A stretch of DNA of 64,000 nucleotides from Planctomycetota bacterium. GTDB taxonomy: Bacteria > Planctomycetota > Planctomycetia > Pirellulales > UBA1268. A program made the position numbers and the translations under genes. The DNA lies in NCBI GenBank assembly GCA_018970785.1, contig JAGWVR010000006.1:1022-65021 (forward strand), read 5' to 3'. The notes beneath the pieces are model-generated. The model was not told where the DNA came from and did no database searches. It saw nothing but the letters and a program-made list of their open reading frames with translations. Positions 39,739 to 49,568 of the stretch are shown one piece after another. The number at the start of each line of letters is the position of its first letter. Positions within the stretch are counted from its first letter, which is position 1.

Positions 39739-41481
39739 ATGCTGAAACTCCAGGGTATCGCCGTATCCCCCGGCGTCACGATCGGTGAAGCGCTGGTCCT
39801 CGATACCGAGGGCTTCCGGATCCCGCGCCGCTTCGTGGCGCGGAGCGCCGTCGACACCGAGCTCGAACGGCTCTCGCGGGCCGTCGCCGAGACGTCGGCC
39901 GAGATCGAGCGCAACCGCGACGCGATCCGCAGCGAGTTGGGGGATCAGTACGCCGCGATCTTCTCCGCCCACCAGGCGATGCTCCACGACCCGCGGCTGC
40001 AGGAGGAGCTCGTCAGCGCCGTCCGCGACCGCAACTTCTGGCCGGAATACGCGGTCAGCCGGACCCTGCGCCGCTACGCCAAGGTTTTCCAGAGCCTCGA
40101 CGACCACGTCGCCCAGCGCGCCCACGACATCTACGACATCGAGAAGAGCCTCCTCCGTCACCTTCTCGGGCAGGAACGCGAGACGCTCGCGGCGATCTCC
40201 CAGCCGGTGATCATCCTCGCCCACAACCTCACCCCGAGCGAGACCGCCAACCTCGACCGCCGTTTCGTCCAGGGGTTCGCCACCGAGCTCGGTGGCCCCG
40301 GCAGCCACACCGCGATCGTCGCCGAAGGGCTGGAGATCCCCGCGGTCGTCGGGCTCGGACCGTTCCTCGCCGACGTCTCCGGAGGCGAGCCGGTGATCCT
40401 CGACGGCCACCAGGGCGTGGTGATCCTCCAGCCCGACGAGGAGACGATCGCCCGCTACCGTCTCGAAGTCGAGGCGGCGCGGACGGTGGCGGCGCGGCTC
40501 CACGGTCTCCGCGACCTGCCCGCCGAGACCCTCGACGGCGTGCGCGTGCAGATCACGGGCAACATCGAGTTTCCCAACGAGGCCGAGCACTGCCTGGCAC
40601 GCGGGTGCGACGGGATCGGGCTGTACCGCACCGAGTTCCTCTACCTCACTGCCCGCCGCGAGCCGACCGAGGAGGACCACTACGCGGCCTATGCCGAGGT
40701 CGCCCGGGTGATGGCCGGACGGCCGGTGGTGATCCGCACGCTCGATCTCGGCGCCGACAAGATGCTCACCGAGTCGACGCCGGAGGAGGAGCGCAATCCC
40801 TGCCTCGGCCTGCGGAGCATCCGCCTCTCGCTGCGGCAGCTGCCGATGTTCCGCACGCAGCTTCGCGCCATCCTCCGCGCCAGTGCCCTCGGTGACGTGC
40901 GCGTCCTGTTCCCGCTGGTCTCGACGATCGTCGAGCTGCGCCAGGCGCGGATGGTGCTCGCCGACGTGATGGAGGATCTCGCCGAGCACGGCATCCCCTT
41001 CAACCGCGACCTGCCGGTCGGGATCATGGTCGAGACGCCGGCGGCGGTGATGATGCTCGACGTGTTCATCAAGGAGGTGGATTTCGTCTCGCTCGGGACC
41101 AACGACCTGATCCAGTACACGCTGGCGGTCGACCGGAGCAACAAGGAGGTTGCGGAACTGTACAACGCGTGCGACCCGGCCGTGCTGCGCCTCCTGCAGC
41201 GGTCGTTCGACATCGCCCGCGAGGCCGGCGTGCCGGCCAATGTCTGTGGACAGATGAGCGGCAGCGTGATGTACACGCAGCTTCTGCTGGGATTGGGTCT
41301 GCGGCAGCTCAGCGTGCCGGCCAGCGCCATCCCCGAGGTGAAGCAGGCGTGCCGAAGTGTTTCGGTCGCCGAATGCCGCGGGATCGCCGAACGGGCCCTG
41401 CAGATGGAGGGGGCACGCGAGGTGAAGGCCTACTTGACCGACCAGATGCGTCGTCGGGGGGCGGCCGCGGGCGCACGCTGA
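39739..41481 (+). CDS. ptsI: PEP-protein phosphotransferase (PTS enzyme I)
   Basis: GIAVSPG, GSHTAI (phospho-His), GIGLYRTEFLY, RTLDLGADK, GIMVETP, SLGTNDLIQY, VCG. Confidence 0.95.
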   Translation: MLKLQGIAVSPGVTIGEALVLDTEGFRIPRRFVARSAVDTELERLSRAVAETSAEIERNRDAIRSELGDQYAAIFSAHQAMLHDPRLQEELVSAVRDRNFWPEYAVSRTLRRYAKVFQSLDDHVAQRAHDIYDIEKSLLRHLLGQERETLAAISQPVIILAHNLTPSETANLDRRFVQGFATELGGPGSHTAIVAEGLEIPAVVGLGPFLADVSGGEPVILDGHQGVVILQPDEETIARYRLEVEAARTVAARLHGLRDLPAETLDGVRVQITGNIEFPNEAEHCLARGCDGIGLYRTEFLYLTARREPTEEDHYAAYAEVARVMAGRPVVIRTLDLGADKMLTESTPEEERNPCLGLRSIRLSLRQLPMFRTQLRAILRASALGDVRVLFPLVSTIVELRQARMVLADVMEDLAEHGIPFNRDLPVGIMVETPAAVMMLDVFIKEVDFVSLGTNDLIQYTLAVDRSNKEVAELYNACDPAVLRLLQRSFDIAREAGVPANVCGQMSGSVMYTQLLLGLGLRQLSVPASAIPEVKQACRSVSVAECRGIAERALQMEGAREVKAYLTDQMRRRGAAAGAR

Positions 41482-41544
41482 CGTGCGCCCGCCCCCGGGC
41501 GGTCCGCCGCCCGGCAACCGAGGAAGGAAAGAATCGGAAACGTC

Positions 41545-43179
41545 ATGAAACAGGAAATGCTGATCAACGTCTCGCAGCCGGAGGAGTGCCGGATCGCGAT
41601 CCTCGAGGACGGTGTCCTCGAGGAGCTGTACGTCGAGCGCACCAGCCAGGACAACCACGTCGGCAACATCTACAAGGGGCGGATCGTCAACATCGAGCCC
41701 TCGATCCAGGCGGCGTTCGTCGACTTCGGCGTGGGCCGCAACGGCTTCCTCCACATCTCCGACGTCGAACCGCAGTACTACCGCCAGGGAGGGCTCGACC
41801 CTGACAAGGCGTTCGACCTCGGTGACGCGGCACGGGCGGGGAGCGAAGCACCGCGCCCCGCCGAGGGGGGCGCCGAGGAGGGAGATGGCCGATCCCGGAC
41901 GGCCGTGCGGCGGCGCCCGCGGCTCGGCGACCGTCCGCGGGTCAAGCCGCCGATCCAGGACATCCTCCGGCGTGGCGACGAAGTCCTCGTCCAGGTCATC
42001 AAGGAGGGGTTCGGCACCAAGGGGCCGACGCTCTCGACCTACATTTCGATCCCCGGCCGGTACCTCGTGCTCATGCCGCCGCTGGGGCGCGTCGGGATCT
42101 CGAAGAAGATCGACGACGAACGTGACCGGCGCGAGCTGCGCGACATCATGCTCGACCTCAAGCCGCCGAAGGGGGTCGGGTTCGTGGTCCGCACGGCGGG
42201 GACGGAACGGACCAAGTCGGAGATGGCCCGCGACATGGCCTACCTCCTCCGCCTCTGGAAGAGCATCGTGCGGCGGATGCGCAAGTATTCCGCGCCGATC
42301 GACATCTACCAGGAAAGCGACATGATCATCCGCACGATCCGTGACATGTTCACGGAGGATGTCGGGCGGATCCTGATCGACGAGCCGGCCGCCTACGAGC
42401 GGGCCCGCGAGTTCCTCGAACTGGTGATGCCGAAATACGCCCCACGGCTGCAGTTCTACGACGGCAAGGAACCGCTGTTCCACCGCTACGGCCTCGAGGA
42501 CGAGATCGCCCGGATCCACCAGCGCAAGGTGCCGCTCAAGGGAGGCGGGTCGATCGTCATCGACCAGACCGAGGCGCTGGTGGCGATCGACGTCAACTCC
42601 GGCTCGTTCCGCACCGAGAAGAGTGCCGAGGAGAACGCCTACCAGATGAACCTGATCGCCGCGAAGGAGATCGCCAGGCAGCTCCGCCTCCGCGACCTCG
42701 GCGGCGTGATCGTCAACGACTTCATCGACATGCGCAAGGAGAAGTACCGGCGTGGCGTCGAGAAGGCGCTCCACGACGCCATGAAGCGCGACCGGGCGCG
42801 GACCAAGATCCTCCGCACCAGCCCGTTCGGCCTGGTGGAGATGACGCGGCAGCGGATCCGGCCGTCGCTGCGGAAGAGCATCTTCCGCGACTGCCCGACC
42901 TGCACCGGCACCGGAATGGTGAAGACGGCCGAGAGCATGGCGATCGAGGTGATGCGGACGCTGCAGCTGGCGGCCACGCGGACCGACATCGCCCGCCTCA
43001 ACGTCACGGTGCACGAGGAGGTGGCGACCTGGATCAACAACCGGAAGCGGCGCGAGGTGGCGCAGTTCGAGGACTCGGTCCACGTCCAGCTCCACGTCGT
43101 CGGCAAGGAGAGCGTGTCGCCGGAGCATCTGGTGTTCGAGGCCTGGGACTCGTCGGGCCGCACGCTGCGGTTTCCCTGA
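41545..43179 (+). CDS. rne: Ribonuclease E/G
   Basis: GNIYKG, QAAFVDFG, NGFLH, AIDVNSG, LRLRDLGG, DFIDM, CPTC zinc link. Confidence 0.93.
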   Translation: MKQEMLINVSQPEECRIAILEDGVLEELYVERTSQDNHVGNIYKGRIVNIEPSIQAAFVDFGVGRNGFLHISDVEPQYYRQGGLDPDKAFDLGDAARAGSEAPRPAEGGAEEGDGRSRTAVRRRPRLGDRPRVKPPIQDILRRGDEVLVQVIKEGFGTKGPTLSTYISIPGRYLVLMPPLGRVGISKKIDDERDRRELRDIMLDLKPPKGVGFVVRTAGTERTKSEMARDMAYLLRLWKSIVRRMRKYSAPIDIYQESDMIIRTIRDMFTEDVGRILIDEPAAYERAREFLELVMPKYAPRLQFYDGKEPLFHRYGLEDEIARIHQRKVPLKGGGSIVIDQTEALVAIDVNSGSFRTEKSAEENAYQMNLIAAKEIARQLRLRDLGGVIVNDFIDMRKEKYRRGVEKALHDAMKRDRARTKILRTSPFGLVEMTRQRIRPSLRKSIFRDCPTCTGTGMVKTAESMAIEVMRTLQLAATRTDIARLNVTVHEEVATWINNRKRREVAQFEDSVHVQLHVVGKESVSPEHLVFEAWDSSGRTLRFP

Positions 43180-43225
43180 CCGGAGGCATGGTCGGGGCGA
43201 CGGTGGCTCCCCGGGAGGACGACCG

Positions 43226-45910
43226 ATGCGGCAGCGGCTCGGCGGCTTGGCGGCGGTGACGGTCCTGGCGGCGCTGGCGGCCCAGCCGGCACGCGCGCAG
43301 CCCCCCGAACCGGCCGAAGCGGCCGTCGGCCGGCAGGCCGACGATTCCGTGGTCACGCCGGTCGATCAGGTGCTCACGCCGCTGGGCACGCTCGTGTCGC
43401 TCCCCGGCCTGCGCCCGCAGGCCGTCGCCCTGTCGCCCGACGGCCGGTTGCTCGTCACGGCGGGGAAGACACCGGACGTGGTCGTCGTCGATCCCGACGG
43501 CGGTGCGGTGCGGCAACGAGTCGCGCCGGTCGCGGCGCCGGCCGCCGGCACCGCCAACCGGACGGCCGAGCGGAACCTCGCCCCCGACACGAAGGCGCTG
43601 GCGAGCCTGACAGGCCTGGTGTTCTCGCCGGACGGCACGCGGCTGTTCATGAGCGACGTGCAGGGAGCGGTGCAGGTGTTCGCGGTCTCCGATGGGCGCT
43701 TGACCGCCCTCGGGCCCCTGCCGCTGCCCCCCGCCCGCGCTCCCGAGCGCGCCGCGGAGGTGCCTTGCGGTCTCGCCCTGTCGGCCGACGGCGCGCGGCT
43801 GTACGTCTGCGGCAACCTCTCCAACAAGCTCCTCGAGCTCGAGGCCGCCACCGGCACCGTGCTCCGCACGTTCGACGTCGGCGTGGCCCCGTTCGACGTC
43901 GTCCTCGTTGGCGGCCGGGTGCTGGTCACGAACCTCGGCGGGCGCCGCCCCCGCCCCGGCGACCTCACCGGTCCGGCGGGGAAGGGGACGCGCGTCCGCG
44001 TCGACCCGGTCCGGCACGTTGCCACGGAGGGCACGGTCAGCCGGATCGACCTCGAAACCGGCACGGTCGACGAGATCGCGGTCGGGCTCCATCCCTCGGG
44101 GCTGGCCGTCGCCCCTGGCGGAGCGATTGTCGTCTGCGCCAACGCCGGATCGGACACGCTGTCGCTGATCGACGTCGCCGCCGGGCGGGTGATCGAGACG
44201 GTGTGGACGAAGCGGACGCCGGCCGAACTGTACGGGGCGATGCCGGCCGCACTGGCGTTCGCCCCCGACGGCGAGCGGCTGTACTGCGCCAACGCCGCCC
44301 AGAATGCGATCGCGGTCTTCGACTGGGAGCCCGCCGAACGGGGCGCCACCCGGCTCCTCGGCCTGATCCCGGTCGGCTGGCATCCGTCGGGGGTCGTGGT
44401 CGACGCCGCCCGCGGGCAGTTGCTCGTCTCCAACATGAAGGGGCTGCCGACCGAGCGGCGCGGTCAGAAGGGGGGCGGGGAGGGATTCAATTCGCACCAG
44501 CACGCCGGGAGCGTCGGGCTGGTGCCGCTTCCCGACGACGACCTGCTCGCGGCCTGTTCGGAGCGCGTCGCCCGAAACCTCCGCGCCGGGCGGATCGCCG
44601 CCTCGCGGCTGCCGCCGCGCCAGGGCGTCGCCCCGCGTGCCATCCCCGAGCGGATCGGCGAGCCGAGCCTGATCGAGCACGTCGTCTACGTCATCAAGGA
44701 GAACCGGACGTTCGACCAGGTGCTCGGCGACCTGCCCCAGGGCAACGGCGATCCGGAGCTGTGCATCTTTCCCGAGCGGATCACCCCCAACCAGCACGCC
44801 ATCGCCAGGCGATTCGTGCTCCTCGACAACACCTACTGCTGCGGGATCCTCTCCGCCGACGGCCACAACTGGAGCACCTCGGCGCTGGCCAACGACTACC
44901 TCGAGCGGAGCTTCGCCGGTTTCCCACGCAGCTACCCCGACGGCATGGAGGATGCCGACGCCGACGCGCTGGCCTGGTCGTCGGCGGGATTCATCTGGGA
45001 CGCCTGCCTGCGGCACGGCCGGTCGGTGCGCAACTTCGGCGAGTTCATGATGCCGCGCGTGGCGTGGAAGGATCCGGGGCGCAAGGGGCAGCCCGATTTC
45101 CGCGCCTGCTACGCCGCCTGGAAGGCCGGCGGCGGCGACGTCACGTTTGCCAGCGAGCCGGCGGTTGAGTCGCTCCGCGCCGTGTCGGCGACTGACACCG
45201 TGGGGTGGAACATGAGCGTCCCCGACCAGTTCCGTGCCGACCGCGTGCTCGCCCACCTCGCCGCCTGCGAGGCCGCTGGCCGCTACCCCAACCTCGTGAT
45301 CATCTGCCTGCCGCAGGACCACACCAGCGGCACGACGAAGGACTGCCCGACTCCCGAGGCCTGCGTGGCCGACAACGACCTCGCCCTCGGGCGGATTCTC
45401 GAAGGGCTGTCACGGAGCCGGTTCTGGCCGCGGATGGCGCTGTTCGCGATCGAGGACGATCCCCAGGCCGGTTGGGACCACGTCAGCGGCTTCCGCACGA
45501 CCGCCTACGTCGCCAGCCCGTTTGCGCGCCGCGGCGTCACGGTCAGCACCCACTACAACACCACCAGCGTCCTCCGCACGATCGGCCAGATTCTCGGGCT
45601 CCAGCCGCTCAACCAGTTCGACGCGGCGGCGACGCCGATGTTCGACTGCTTCACCGACCAGCCCGACCTGACGCCGTTCGCCGCCCTGCCGGCCGCCGTT
45701 CCCCTCGACCTGATGAACGGGGCCCCGCAGTCGCTCGGCGATCCGCTCCTCGAGGCGCACGCGATCGCCAGCGCCGCGATCGATTTCTCGGGGGTCGACC
45801 GGGCCCCCGAGGACCTGCTCAACCGGATCCTCTGGCATGCCGTGAAGGGGAGCGCCGCCCCCTACCCTGAATGGGCCACGGCGGCGACCGTCGACGATGA
45901 CGACGACTGA
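43226..45910 (+). CDS. Second secreted YncE beta-propeller / phosphoesterase fusion
   Basis: Signal peptide, propeller repeats, IPVGWHP, HVVYVIKENRTFDQVLGD, SADGH, LPQDHT, EDDPQAGWDHV. Confidence 0.85.
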   Translation: MRQRLGGLAAVTVLAALAAQPARAQPPEPAEAAVGRQADDSVVTPVDQVLTPLGTLVSLPGLRPQAVALSPDGRLLVTAGKTPDVVVVDPDGGAVRQRVAPVAAPAAGTANRTAERNLAPDTKALASLTGLVFSPDGTRLFMSDVQGAVQVFAVSDGRLTALGPLPLPPARAPERAAEVPCGLALSADGARLYVCGNLSNKLLELEAATGTVLRTFDVGVAPFDVVLVGGRVLVTNLGGRRPRPGDLTGPAGKGTRVRVDPVRHVATEGTVSRIDLETGTVDEIAVGLHPSGLAVAPGGAIVVCANAGSDTLSLIDVAAGRVIETVWTKRTPAELYGAMPAALAFAPDGERLYCANAAQNAIAVFDWEPAERGATRLLGLIPVGWHPSGVVVDAARGQLLVSNMKGLPTERRGQKGGGEGFNSHQHAGSVGLVPLPDDDLLAACSERVARNLRAGRIAASRLPPRQGVAPRAIPERIGEPSLIEHVVYVIKENRTFDQVLGDLPQGNGDPELCIFPERITPNQHAIARRFVLLDNTYCCGILSADGHNWSTSALANDYLERSFAGFPRSYPDGMEDADADALAWSSAGFIWDACLRHGRSVRNFGEFMMPRVAWKDPGRKGQPDFRACYAAWKAGGGDVTFASEPAVESLRAVSATDTVGWNMSVPDQFRADRVLAHLAACEAAGRYPNLVIICLPQDHTSGTTKDCPTPEACVADNDLALGRILEGLSRSRFWPRMALFAIEDDPQAGWDHVSGFRTTAYVASPFARRGVTVSTHYNTTSVLRTIGQILGLQPLNQFDAAATPMFDCFTDQPDLTPFAALPAAVPLDLMNGAPQSLGDPLLEAHAIASAAIDFSGVDRAPEDLLNRILWHAVKGSAAPYPEWATAATVDDDDD

Positions 45911-46075
45911 CGCGGCCGCCGCACCGCCTTCCTGAACCTGGTCGCGGGGGAGGTGAGAGCGGGTTTTTCCGGAGTCTTCCACCCGGACTCGACCCGCCGG
46001 CGGCGGTGCGATACTCTCTGGGATTCCTCCCGGCGGCAGTATGCCCCGCCGGTTCCTCCGACCCTCCGACCCGCC

Positions 46076-46444
46076 ATGGCCAAGCAGAACCCCACCGACT
46101 CCTCCGCCGCCGGCATGGCCGGCACCGGCCATCATTACGCGATCGTCGTCGACGGCGGGCGCCAATACCGCGTCATGGAGGGGCAGGAGGTGGCGATCGA
46201 CTTCCGTCACCTTCCGGCGGGCAGCGAACTGGTGTTCGACGAAGTCCTGGCGGTGAGCCACGCCGGGAAGCTCACGATCGGTGCGCCGCTGGTGAAGGGG
46301 GCGACCGTCAAGGCCGAGGTGCTCGGCTCCGAACAGGGCAAGAAGCTGTTCGTGCAGAAGTTCGCTCGCCGGAAGAACTACCGCCGGCGCACCGGACACC
46401 GCGCCCTGGTCACGCGGGTGAAGATCGCGTCGATCTCGGCCTGA
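46076..46444 (+). CDS. rplU: 50S ribosomal protein L21
   Basis: YAIVVDGGRQYRV, IGAPLVKGATV, KFARRKNYRRRTGHR; start either 46076 or 46115. Confidence 0.93.
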   Translation: MAKQNPTDSSAAGMAGTGHHYAIVVDGGRQYRVMEGQEVAIDFRHLPAGSELVFDEVLAVSHAGKLTIGAPLVKGATVKAEVLGSEQGKKLFVQKFARRKNYRRRTGHRALVTRVKIASISA

Positions 46445-46500
46445 TCGTGGCGGCGTGATCCCCCGGCCGCGAAAGGCCGCTGCCGAGCCACGCCCCCTGC

Positions 46501-48390
46501 TCACTCGACGATGCCGTGCAGCGGTCCGCCGCGCGCGCAGAGGGCGTCGACCCGCGCCGAGACCTGCGGATCCTCTTCGACCGGCGGGGCGTGGTGTGGC
46601 TTGAGCCGGGCGTCGATCACCAGCGGACCGCGGCAGCCCCAGTGCTTGTGGCGGATGCCGGCGCCGACGCCGTGGACGTCGGTGGCGGGATTGGAGCGGG
46701 TGAAGGTCAGCCAGAGGAAGTTCTCGAGACGGGCCGCGGCGAAGCCGGGATCGTCGACCACCACCACCAGCGGCCAGGCGCCGAGCGCGTGATCGGGCCC
46801 GATGGCGGCGGTGAGCCGGTCGATGTCGGCGGTCCAGTCGGCGGTGGCGCAGCGGCTCCAGATCGCCCGCTCGTCGGGGGCCGCCAGCGCCGGCTGCGGC
46901 GCGATCGCCGGCCCGCCGACCGCGACGATCCCCGGCAGGCAGACGCGCGGGGAATGAAAACCCGACGGGAGCGGCACGTCCGCGGGCATGTCGGTGCCCA
47001 GCGTGCGCCGGGCCGGGCCGCGCGCCGCCACGACCAGCTTGCTCCCGGCGTTGAAACCGCTGCCGGAGTAGTCGAGGGTGTCGATCGTCGTCTCGGTGTG
47101 GAAGTGGCAGTCACGCTGCCAGTCGACGCGCTGGAGGAGATGCGCGAGGAACGCCGGCACGTCGTGGGCGTCGAGGCCGGGCGCACCCAGGCCGTCGACG
47201 ATCAGCAGGTACTTCGCCAGCGACAGCTGCCCCTGGCCGAGGATCGCGGAGGCCTGGGTGAGCAGCTCGGCGGGGCGGTCGCTGCGCCGCCACGGGAGGT
47301 AGCGCTCGCTCCCCACCGCCAGGAGCAGCGGATGGACACCGGCGGCATCGACGGCGTGGACGCTCGACACCCCGGGCAGGACGGTCGGGATCACCGGCCC
47401 GGTGAGCTCGTGGACGAGCCAGCCGAACAGCGTGTCCTCCTGCGGCGGCCGACCGACGACCGTCGCCGGCCAGATCGCCCCGGGACGGTGGCGGACCTGG
47501 TCGACGCGGAGGACCGGGAACTCGTGCTGCCGGGCGTAGTAGCCGAGGTGGTCGCCGAACGGCCCCTCCGGCTTCGTGCCGGGGAGGATCGTCCCTTCGA
47601 TGGCGAAGTCGGCGTCGGCGTAGACGGCCGGCCCGCCGGGGCGGCGCACCATCGGGATCCGATGACCGGCCAGCGCCCCGGCGAACGTCAGCTCCGACAG
47701 CCCCTCGGGGAGCGGCATCATCGCCGCCACGGTCATCGCCGGGGCGCCGCCGACGGTGATCACGACACGCAGCGGCACGCCGCGCTCCAGCGCCCGCGCG
47801 TGATGGACACCGATGCCGCGGTGGATCTGGTAGTGGAGGCCGACCTCGTGGAGCGGGTCGTAGTCGTTGCCCGCCAACTGGACCCGGTACATGCCCAGGT
47901 TCGAGGCACGCGTGCCCGGTGCGGCGGGATCCTCGGAGTAGACGCACGGGAGGGTCACGAACGGCCCGCCGTCGCCCGGCCACGAGACCAGGTGCGGCAG
48001 CCGGTCGAGCGCGATCGCGTGGGCCATGATCGGGCCGGAGCGGACCCGGCGCGGGAGCATCGTGAGGGCGTCGAGCGGCGCCCGCCAGTAGCGCCACGGC
48101 CGCTCGAGGGCCCGCTGGGGCTCGATCTTCAGTTCGACGAGCCGGCGCACGCGTTCGAGGGTATCGGCGAAGATCCGCTCCACGCGCCGCCGCGTGCCGA
48201 ACAGATTGACGAGGATCGGAAACGACGAGCCGCGCGGGTTGGAAAACAGCAGCGCCGGGCCCCCGTCCCGGAACAGCCGCCGCTGGATCTCCGCGATCTC
48301 GAGCCGGGGATCGACCGGATGGTCGATCCGCACCACTTCTCCCGCCGCCGCCAGCGACCGGACGCAATCCTGGAGCGAGCGGAATCCCAT
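46501..48390 (-). CDS. UbiD family (prFMN-dependent) decarboxylase
   Basis: NLFGT, DGGPFVTLP, NLGMYRVQ, EGPFGDHLGYY, TVVGRPPQED. Confidence 0.9.
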   Translation of the reverse strand: MGFRSLQDCVRSLAAAGEVVRIDHPVDPRLEIAEIQRRLFRDGGPALLFSNPRGSSFPILVNLFGTRRRVERIFADTLERVRRLVELKIEPQRALERPWRYWRAPLDALTMLPRRVRSGPIMAHAIALDRLPHLVSWPGDGGPFVTLPCVYSEDPAAPGTRASNLGMYRVQLAGNDYDPLHEVGLHYQIHRGIGVHHARALERGVPLRVVITVGGAPAMTVAAMMPLPEGLSELTFAGALAGHRIPMVRRPGGPAVYADADFAIEGTILPGTKPEGPFGDHLGYYARQHEFPVLRVDQVRHRPGAIWPATVVGRPPQEDTLFGWLVHELTGPVIPTVLPGVSSVHAVDAAGVHPLLLAVGSERYLPWRRSDRPAELLTQASAILGQGQLSLAKYLLIVDGLGAPGLDAHDVPAFLAHLLQRVDWQRDCHFHTETTIDTLDYSGSGFNAGSKLVVAARGPARRTLGTDMPADVPLPSGFHSPRVCLPGIVAVGGPAIAPQPALAAPDERAIWSRCATADWTADIDRLTAAIGPDHALGAWPLVVVVDDPGFAAARLENFLWLTFTRSNPATDVHGVGAGIRHKHWGCRGPLVIDARLKPHHAPPVEEDPQVSARVDALCARGGPLHGIVE

Positions 48391-48505
48391 CGGTGCGGTC
48401 CGTGACGTGGTCGCGCCGACCGCCACGGGCCGGTACACTCCGGTGAGGATTTATAGTCGTGCCGCCGCTCCGGGCCGCCGGAGTGGTGCGGCTCCGGGGA
48501 GATTC

Positions 48506-48922
48506 ATGGCGATGGTCACGATCACCAGCACGTACCAGGGGGGGCTTCGCTGCCGGGCCGTCCACGGACCGTCGGGGGCGACCCTGCTGACCGATGCCCC
48601 CGTCGACAACCACGGTCGCGGCGAGAGCTTCTCGCCGACCGACCTGGTGGCGACGGCGCTGGGGACGTGCATGATGACGATCATGGGGATCGTGGCGGAC
48701 CGTCATGGGATCGATCTGGCCGGGACGACGGCCGAAACGACCAAGGAAATGTCGACCAGCCCGCCACGGCGGATCGCCACGCTGCGGACGCGGATCACCG
48801 TCCCGCTGCCGGCCGACCATCCGCAGCGCGAGTTGCTCGAGCGCGCGGCGCTCACCTGCCCGGTCCACGAGAGCCTCGGCGGCGGCATCGAGTCGCCGGT
48901 GGAGTTCGTGTGGCGCGGCTGA
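48506..48922 (+). CDS. OsmC family protein
   Basis: TDAPVDNHGRGESFSPTDLVATALGTC...CPVHESL. Confidence 0.9.
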   Translation: MAMVTITSTYQGGLRCRAVHGPSGATLLTDAPVDNHGRGESFSPTDLVATALGTCMMTIMGIVADRHGIDLAGTTAETTKEMSTSPPRRIATLRTRITVPLPADHPQRELLERAALTCPVHESLGGGIESPVEFVWRG

Positions 48923-48947
48923 TGCCGCCGGTGCGGGAGCGACCGCC

Positions 48948-49568
48948 ATGGCAGATGGGGAATCGTCGGATGGGCGGCGGATCGCCGACTGGCTCGCCCG
49001 GGCCCGGCGCGGTGATGCCGCGGCCCGCGAGGAGTTGTTCGCCGCCTGCCGCAGCTACGTCGCCACGGTCGCCCGCTGCCACCTGCAGCGCGGTCTCGCG
49101 GCCCGCGTCGATCCTTCGGACGTCGTCCAGCAGTCGTTGCTCGAGGCCCACCGCGGTTTCGACCGATTTGCCGGCGAGTCGCCGGGGCAGTGGCTGGCGT
49201 GGCTGCGCGGGATCGCCACCCACAACGCGCTCGATGCCGCCCGCGGGCACCGCGTCGCCGCGCGCCGTGACGCCGGCCGCGAGCGCTCCCTCGAGGGCGC
49301 GGTGGGCGATGGCGACCCCGCCGCCGACCCGGGGTCGTCACCGAGCCAGCGCGTGCTGCGGTGGGAGCGCGAGTGGCACCTCGCTGCCGCCGTCGACCGG
49401 CTCGCCGACGACCACCGCCGGGTGATCGAACTACGGCACATCGAGCGGCTGCCGTTCGACGAGGTGGCGCGGCGCATGGACCGCTCCGCCGGGGCCTGCC
49501 GGATGCTGTGGATGCGGGCCCTCGAGCAGCTCCGCGCCCAGCTGGCCGACGCGGGGGTGGGGCCGTGA
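48948..49568 (+). CDS. ECF RNA polymerase sigma-70 factor (planctomycete subfamily)
   Basis: ARRGDAAAREEL, RVDPSDVVQQSLLEAHR, WLRGI, SPSQ, region 4 HTH. Confidence 0.9.
   Translation: MADGESSDGRRIADWLARARRGDAAAREELFAACRSYVATVARCHLQRGLAARVDPSDVVQQSLLEAHRGFDRFAGESPGQWLAWLRGIATHNALDAARGHRVAARRDAGRERSLEGAVGDGDPAADPGSSPSQRVLRWEREWHLAAAVDRLADDHRRVIELRHIERLPFDEVARRMDRSAGACRMLWMRALEQLRAQLADAGVGP

Noticed and set aside
38836-43356. 1506-aa minus-strand ORF, and similar giants such as 11549-15157, 10834-13971 and 6429-8987
   Set aside because: Antisense or off-frame shadows of well-supported genes; stop codons are scarce at this GC content, and the translations are Arg/Gly/Pro-rich with no motifs.
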